Positions 56,301 to 64,000 of a stretch of DNA of 64,000 nucleotides are shown here, one piece after another (the first letter of the stretch is position 1; each line of letters starts with the position of its first letter). Below the pieces are notes generated by a model, which ran no database searches, was not told the origin of the DNA, and was given only the letters and a program-made list of their open reading frames with translations. A program made the position numbers and the translations under genes. Origin of the DNA: Takakia lepidozioides (Eukaryota > Plantae > Bryophyta). The stretch is from positions 7,750,001-7,814,000 of the forward strand of contig CM060733.1 in the NCBI GenBank assembly GCA_030704615.1, read 5' to 3'.

Positions 56301-59030
56301 TGTGTTTTGAGGTAAAAACCGTCCAGGAGGCTTAAGGATGAGTAGTTGAGCCATGCATTGGACCCCTAACTCCACCATCTTATCTTCAAGTTCTTTCAAC
56401 TATGCTACAAACTACAACAAATTCCACACTTCTGGAAACATAGCCGCACCATCTTGCTCTTAAAAAAAGGTGACCCTACGGACCTATGCAACTATAGACC
56501 TATTGCACTAGCCAACACTATAGGGATGAGATCAGGACCTGGGGCTTTAGACTTAGATAGTTTTTTAAGGCATGATTCGTAAAGGTCGAGTGTGAATAGG
56601 TCGAGAATACGGTCTGTTGGGGATCCTCTATTGTCTAAGGAGAAGCCGTCTATATCGTGCCATGGGTAGTGTCTAGCTTTGCACATGCAATTGTCATTGT
56701 GGAGATTGGGATGTAGGCAGTTCGTAATGGTGGGTGTGTATGTGGAGGATGCTTGTGACCATATTTCATGGTTAATGTCCGTAGGGAGTTTTGCAACTCA
56801 CAGGTTTTTTAGTGAAGAAATATTTCACTAATTTATTTATTTATTTTATTTTGGATAAAAAACATCCAAAATTCCCTGCAACCCAATTTTGCAATTTTTT
56901 TCAATTTCCTCAAAGATGGAAGTCGGGACAACAATTCCATAAGCCCAGTGTCCAGAGGGAGAGAGATGGAATCCCACCATCCAACCCCTGGTATGGCAGG
57001 CCCTTACGGAGTGAGTGTGGTATGCACTCACCCCGTAAGGGAGTGCATACCAGACTCCTCTCCAAAAGGGCAAACTCTCCCTGCTCATATGCCAATCCTT
57101 CGGAAGATGTCCTAAAAAGGATTATCAGGCTACCCTTAGACAAATTGGGTATCCGAAACAAGTATATCAACCTTAATGGTGTGATTGGGGTATGTATTGA
57201 GCATAGACCCCGAAATAAAACTAGTTTATTCAAGGTATTACATGTGTAAGAAACCAGCTGCTTTATGCATGGTTTTCTTTCTTTTTGTTCCATCAAAAGT
57301 CAACAAATCTGCATACATAAGGGAAAGGACATACCAATTTTAGGTTGTCAATGATCATTCCCAGGCATCAAAGTTCCTCTTGTGGATTGGGGAGAACTCT
57401 CCTGCCATCTGCCTGGATCGGTTCGACCCATGGCTCCCAATGTCGATTGTGGAGCAGGAATTGGATCCAGAGCCTCCATTGGATGTTCTGGTTACGGACT
57501 TAGCATTCTCGGAGTTGGAGAAAGATTGCCGTTTCTGCCCAAACCTGCCACCTCTTTGGTAGCCCCCACGTCCTCTGAAATTAGCACCCCTGCCCCTGTT
57601 GGGTCTCCCTGTTTGCTGGAAAGTGTTCCCTTCAATGCGTTGCCGTTTATAGCTATTAAACGCAGGTTTTGGGAGGCTGTCGGAGAAGGATCCAGGTTTG
57701 ATCAATCTCTCAATGAATCTAGCCCCTTTGGAGTCCGGTAGCTTATCAAGCAATTTTGCCTTGGGTTATCGGCAAAAGTTTCTGCTGCTTCCAAAAAGAG
57801 CTCCCGGATCATTTGGAATGTTATCTGAGCCAGTATTGCAGATCTGGCAGCCCTCATCAGCCATACAATGAAGCTATAGTACTTGCTTTGTGCTGAGGGG
57901 TATGTTGCATCAGGAAAGAAAGCCCCAAGATGGTTAATCATGTACCAGACCAAATGATCGAACCAAGCCACACTTCCAACACATCCAGACAGAGCAGCAC
58001 CAGGTCCACAATTACATCTTAGGTATGGCCTGTGCCAGTTCCAGAGTTGGTTTTTGTGATTCCGGGAACGGACAGATCCAGTAAGGGGATCATTTTTGGT
58101 CCTAAGAGTGATATTGTCCCCTTTGTCATATAGCTTATAATAAAATGTTTTTAAGGGCCATGCAACAGCGATGGGCTCCTTTTTGAATCTCTGGAAACCA
58201 TCTATAGCATCCTGATAACAACGTAGGTGAGCATCAGTGATGTTACCCCACTTCATCCACATCTCAATGGAGATGGGTGCTAAGAGGTTGATGTTGGCTT
58301 GCGGGTGCCACATCATGTGCTTGTTGTTGGCCACGTCGAGCTCAACGGAGTGAGGGGGTGTCCAAGGGACAAATTGTTGATTCCCCGGGGTAGCGCCTGC
58401 TGCCCTGTCTTGTTCCACCTGTGACATTTCCACATGCTCACAGAAATCCTTCACCGCATCAATTTCATGTTCGGGAAGACACATATGACTTAGAAGCGGG
58501 TGATTGGTGACGGAGGGGGTAAAATCCTGCTCAGCATTGGAGGACGATTTCTGGGTAGAAGGGGCTGTTCGTCTTCAGGGTTAGCCAGACGTAGTGCAAC
58601 CTCAATCTTTTCTCCTTTAAGACCACATTCCAAGAGTTCTTTGGTATCCTCTTCAAGGATAGTAGGCATACGTTCATGATAGTCAATCAGCCTGATCATG
58701 CACTTGCCATTTTTATTTGCAGATAGGGACAACTTAACCCAGTCCTCTAGGGCCAAAGTCTCAAGCAACAGGATTGGATTGTCATCACCTGAATCAATAG
58801 CTGCTGAGTCCAATGCTTGCACTTTAGCATGGAAGTCCGTTGGCTTTGTTTGTGCCAACACAACCTGAATAGCAGGGATTGGAGGGGGCAGCGGTGGCTG
58901 ATATCCCATGGCCTGCAGCTCAGCAATCCATTCCGGAGTCTATTTGGTGGAACTCTGCACATAAACTGGAAATTTAGCCTGGTAACCAAAGGATAGTGTA
59001 TGCAGAAACCACTAAGCATACTCGACAGTA
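53361..59030 (-). mobile_element. Unclassified element, copy B (divergent subfamily) with disrupted ORF 58955-57355 and a LINE insertion
   Basis: Same module order as copy A; protein homology and a conserved hairpin at 56988-57053. Confidence 0.8.
55560..56790 (-). mobile_element. Rearranged LINE fragments (APE C-terminus, pre-RT region, inverted RT N-terminus)
   Basis: Minus strand: SLLDGF..NSDHYLV (56350-56230) and LSKSKAPGPDLIP (56780-56522). Plus strand: IPHFWKHSRTILL..KKGDP..NYRPIALANT (56365-56522). Confidence 0.85.
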
Positions 59031-59031
59031 A

Positions 59032-59766
59032 GAGACGGAAGATACTTTTTGTCATGTCAAGACAAAGACAGGACCCCTAGGGACGTTGTCATGAAAGAAC
59101 AAATAGACATATCAGCCACTTAACAGTGGCACCATCCATCAATCATCAAGCTTAGAAAATGCAGAATTACATCCATGCACAGTAATGTGTTCATGTCAGT
59201 ATTATTCATAATCCAGAGAGTATGCCACTGATGCTGATTGACCACCAGTCAAGATCTTGATACACTTACAGAGGTCTGGGTGGGATGGCGGGTACTTGGC
59301 CATATTTTGGCCTTGATGTGGTGCAGGTCAGATAATCATACAGATTTACTGTCTGCAAGCTGTAATCCAAGCATACTTACTAAAACCCCATGGGTGTCAT
59401 GGAGGGTTTTCTTAAAAGAAATGAACACTTGGATATCACAGATTTAAATACCTTGCCTTGCTCGTATTTGTTTAGACTGGTGTGCAGTACAGCTTGCCCC
59501 CACAGGGGATGTGGATATGTCTCGTAAGTTTTCCAGAACACCCCTATACCTTTATTTCTTGCTACAGCTGAAAATCAAAGCTCATGACACAACAAGGTAA
59601 ATATAAAGGACAGCATACACATCTTGTGACAGTATATGATATTGTCAGTACACCCTTCACATCATTCCACATTTGACCATGTCATTACACCATGTCCAGG
59701 GGGTATTTCCACTTGACCCCCCTGGTTGCCTCAAAAACCAGTTACCATCTATATTACTGCCATATT
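59032..59766 (-). repeat. Near-identical direct repeat of 53361-54096 (terminal segment R'), cut by an LTR insertion
   Basis: Base-for-base match apart from a few substitutions; the two sequences diverge after CATATTT. Confidence 0.95.
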
Positions 59767-60785
59767 TGTCGCGGCCCTTTGCCTTGAGGGCAGGGGGTCG
59801 GGACACATGAGGGGCTGCCCCTGTGGTGGGGGCAGCGGCAGCGATAGGTATATGTCGCGCGGCTTTTACTCACCCATCCCTTCGCTATCCGAGGTGGAAA
59901 CTCCAAGATAGAAGAGTTGGAAATCTCTAAGTACTCAGCCCGCTCAGAACAATCAGTCATGACCTACAGCTAGTGTATCATGGGTGTGTTTCCTATTTGT
60001 TTTTCTTTCCGCATTCATGTTAGCTAGCTACCTTACTATTGATAATTAAGTATCCGTTTGCTTCATCAATCTATCGGATTCCATCAACTCATCCATTCAT
60101 TCCACAGCTTCACTCAGATCTCTCTACACAGTGTGAGTATGAAGTGTGTATCAGATTAATATCTATCAAGTATCAGGCTGAAGCCATGGTGTCTCTAATC
60201 TACTCTACATTACAATTCTATAGCTTGCATTCATCAAGTAACAACAGATCGTCACTTCTCCTACTCCGTGCTCTTCATCTTTCCCCTTAGAGATGTGTTC
60301 TCCTCCCTATTTCCAAGCCCTGATGCCAGAAGTCCCCCCCTTTCAGTCCTTGCTCCTAGTTTTATCTTCCTACCCGTTGTTCTAACCGCTTCCCTCACTA
60401 ACCGTCGTCCGTGAACTAACATGTTCCATTCGCAGGTGTCGTTCCCCACAGTCGTTCCCTGTCCTGCTATCCGTTCCCTATGGTCGTAATAGCTTGTGTG
60501 AAACTATGACGGACTGTGACCGGCTGTGTCGGGCTGTGACTGGCTGTGCGACTGTGTTTGGCTATGTCAGGCTGTGACTGGCTATGTGGCTGTGTCGGCT
60601 GTAACGGGCTGTGTTGGCTGTGATGGGCTGTGTTGGGCTGTGTGAAGCTGTGACGGGCTGTGTAACCCCCTTCTAGAGTGCGCTGCTGTCACCCCTAAGG
60701 CTCCTGTTGGTCTCAGTCTGTGCAAAAATTAAGGGTACCCTACAGATCCCGTATAAGTGTCTAAGTCCCAGACAGTCCTCTAACA
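59767..60785 (-). mobile_element. 3' LTR (~1019 bp) of a minus-strand LTR retrotransposon
   Basis: TG..CA ends (TGTCGCG..CTAACA); on the minus strand a polypurine tract GAGAGGGGAAGGGG lies immediately before it (60789-60802). Confidence 0.85.
60505..60665. repeat. ~10-bp GGCTGTG(A/T) tandem array inside the LTR
   Basis: More than 15 degenerate GGCTGTG units. Confidence 0.9.
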
Positions 60786-60824
60786 TTACCCCTTCCCCTC
60801 TCAAAAAAGCCGTGTCCTCACGGT

Positions 60825-63800
60825 TTACTGATTGCGATTAGCAAACCTTTGTGAGTGAGCACCTTTATGACGTTGAGAGTTTCGTGGCGGACTGTGTGTA
60901 CGAGCCCGAGGTCTGTCACTGTTTGACGGAGATGATTGAACACTACCCGGATAAGTGATTCCCTCTGGAGGCTGATATCGAGGTAACCTTTCAGGCATAG
61001 GAGACCCCAGTCGCTTCTTCTCTGCCATCTGAATTGCAGAGTTTTCTCCCATGTCAAAAGAATCCGCTGAAGAAACAGTTGTATCAGAATCCTCATCGCC
61101 TCTCAGATGTTTTAATTGTCGAACTTTTTGTGGAATCCTCTGGGGCATACAATGTTGTCCTACCATGTCTGGAAGTTTATATTTTAAAACTTGTTGTAAA
61201 CGCTGAACGGCAAAATTGGTGAAGACACTGAGCTCCTTGTCTGTCCAGGTGAGTGGGGTACCAATGACTTGTGAATTGTGCAAGTATTTCCATGCCACAT
61301 GTCCCTTATAGAAAATATCATCAATGCCGAATTTCTGTGTTGACAAATTGTTCCAGGCCGCATGAAACCATGAACGAATTTGAGAATCCTTTTGTATCAT
61401 AACTTTTGCCTCATATAGGTACATATGAGGTGGCACTGAAGGTAAGACCCAATGATCCCCACTGGAATAACTCAGAAAGCGCGATTGCATCTTTTGCTGC
61501 TCAATGTGATAACGTACTAGAAAACAAGCAGCGTAGTATAACCCGCATCTCATGACAATACTCGCTACCTCCTTGGTCTTGGTATAAATGAATCCATGTA
61601 CAACTTGGAAGGCAATTAATTCCTTCAACATTGTACCTGCCTCATGCCAGTATTGTGCAAAGTGATGATCCTCAATTGGTCGATTGTTGGGAAGAACTTT
61701 AGTCATTGTTGCCACTGGCAGCCAAATGCGCATGATTTGGTAGTAATGTGCCAATGATTGCGGAGGACTAAATTCTTTCCAAGCCAAATCCAACATGATA
61801 GGAATTTGGTTGAAGGGCATAATCATAGCCCTACTGTATTCCCTCGCAACTGGAGTTTTAGGTGGGTTAAAAGCAACATTGCCCCATACCTCAGACTGTG
61901 GTTGGTGTGGTTGTAGTAACAACAGGGTTAGCTATTGGCAGAGTGACTTGTTGTGGTGCTGGTGGAACTGGCTCTTGTATCATTGGCATCTCCTGCACCT
62001 CCTGTGAAGAAGACTGAAAAGCCAAAGTTCTGGCTTGTAAATAAGAAGCCATTAGCTGTTCCTCAGGTATATAGACTCTTTTGTCGATATTTGAAGTGAG
62101 GTCCTCCACTTGAGTCTGCAGTCCGTCCACATCCTCCTGTAACTTTGCTATCATACTATAGACATTGTCTATAGTAGTTGTGGCAATGTTCTGCACTTGC
62201 AGTCTGAGCTCATTCATCTCGCTTTGGGTGAGCTTTCGTGGTGCTTTGCCCTCCACTGGCCCTTGTGCTAACCAGACCTGCATAAGGTGGTTATCCACCA
62301 AGTTGCTTGTGGTTCCTCTGAGAGTGTGCTCCTCTCTTAGTTTGTACACATCCAATTGCTATTGTAAAGCCTCCATGCGCTTCGCATGAGGTTCAACCAA
62401 ATTCGCATAGGCAGCAAGTAGATTATTGGCTTCCTTCCAAGCCTTGTTAGTGACCGAGATTTCATTTCTATTGGCCATGATCGTTTGTTGCAACTCCAGG
62501 ATGTGCCTCTCTTGATCAGCTTCAATTTGCCTGTATTGCTTGAAAGTATCCTCATTGCGACAGATTGTATTCTTCATATCGACAATGAGTTTCATTTGCT
62601 CAACATTCTCTGCTTCTGCCTTCATACATTTTTCTGCTTGACTGTTTATTTCTTTTGTAGATTGGTCAAGCATAGTTGTGAGTGTAGCACATTGTATGGC
62701 CATCCTGTTATGCACTGTCTGCAACTCCATATGTAGTGCATTCACTTCTTGCAACTTGCTTTCATGCTTCACCTGCATTTGGTATAGCTGTTGCTTATGT
62801 GCTTCGTGCAATTGGTCTTGCGCGAGGCCTGCCTCAATCAATTGTTCCTTGGCCAATTGCAAAGCCGCTTCTGTTTTCTCCAAGTCTTGCTGCATCTTGA
62901 GAGTGACCTCTTCATCGACCTTGTTTGCACACTCAGTGGCTAGTCGAGCCTCAAATTTCTTCTTGAGTTCCTCTCTCAAGGCTGTCAATTGGGTAGTTGG
63001 AACATGGGATTTGACATAAGTCCCCAACAAATTAAGTGTCCTGCCTATGGAACTCATAAGCATTGTCTGTTGAGGGTCATCATGGTGAGCTTGCTGCTGT
63101 TCTCCCTGATCCTCAACAGTGTGATGTCTCACGAACCACTCAGGCCATTGTCCCACCAGATTTTCTTCCTGAACCACTTCATCCATCACCGGTGCTGCAG
63201 TGTCTTGACATTCTACCTGTGGTACCTCCGACACAGGTGTATGTATTATATGCACCTCAGGATTTCCCTTGGGCAACTGTTGCACCTCTGGAATCTCTGT
63301 CTCCTTGACCAGACCAGAATATTCATATTCATATTCATGTCCCCCTTCTCAATTTTTGCCACTATCTGTTCTGTAGTTGGAATATCTAACCCTTCTTTTT
63401 CCAAATCAATTATTTCTGGTTGAGCTGCATGGACAACTTGTAACCTTGTGACAAGCCGATCATCTGGCTGTGATGGCTGTGATACTGAAGTAACTTCCTC
63501 TTCCCTCTCTGAAGGTCCTGCTTCTAGTAATAGCAGTTCTCTGTGCTGCTGTGCCCCTTCCTCCACAAAAACTTGGGAAACATTATCATGCGGATTCCGT
63601 GAAGCCAGTGGATCCGCCACTACAGTCTTTCCCCGCCTCTGTCTCTTATTCTCGTGTTGCCCTGCCATTCCACCCTCACTGTGTGAAGAGCCTTGCTCTT
63701 CCATTGCAGTGGTTTCTGGCTCAAACACTCCCATCTCCTTTCTTTCTCGAGCATCAAGGATGCCAGAATCAAGAATTATTTGAGCAATGATTGGGCCAGA

Positions 63801-64000
63801 CACTATGATAGGAGACTTTGCGGCAGTACCCTGTAATCTTTTCATCTCCTCTACCAGTGCGTTGTACATTATGTCCGCCCATTCTACCTTTTCTCCTCTC
63901 AGGGCTTTGAGTATTTCCTCTGTGAAGGATCTGCTCAAATACTGTTGGTTCTGTTTCATGGCAAACAGAACGTTCAATACCTGGCCTACCTTCTTAAGCC
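60825..64000 (-). pseudogene. Long 3' extra ORF of the LTR retrotransposon (unknown function; coiled-coil plus aromatic-rich domain), disrupted
   Basis: ORF pieces 63977-63246, 63285-62359, 62355-61891 and 61922-60825 join through two frameshifts and one in-frame TAG; the ORF ends ~20 bp before the PPT and is open to the window edge. Confidence 0.7.

Noticed and set aside
53361-59766. Direct repeats as canonical LTRs of copy B
   Set aside because: No TG..CA ends, PBS or PPT, and no gag-pol between them; the right copy is cut by an unrelated LTR.

Overview
Eukaryotic nuclear DNA from a land plant, most likely a seed-free plant such as a bryophyte (inferred from the PAL sequence style and TE spectrum). 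The left ~36 kb is gene-rich. It holds a 4-exon histone-fold (DPB3/NF-YC-like) gene, a Kelch/FBA-type protein with no visible F-box, a 12-exon organellar methionyl-tRNA synthetase, a probable GPI-anchored LRR protein, an F-box protein, a full-length 4-exon PAL-like gene, a decayed RNase H+RLE (Dualen/RandI-like) LINE and a 7-exon RBM34/NOP12-like gene. The right ~28 kb is a nest of decayed TEs: Harbinger, CACTA (TIR, subterminal repeats, transposase, adjacent SET-domain ORF), Ty3/gypsy pol, a scrambled LINE, an LTR with a very long 3' extra ORF, and several copies of an unclassified element. Most notable: (1) the PAL ORF is intact (712 aa) but lacks the MIO-forming Ala-Ser and the catalytic Tyr, a candidate pseudoenzyme; (2) the unclassified element has a fixed terminus, a conserved unknown protein, iterated palindromes and a two-state hairpin; (3) two TEs carry methyltransferase-like cargo (SET beside the CACTA transposase, a PCIF1-like segment in the LINE). 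All calls come from reading the sequence by eye; no searches were run.
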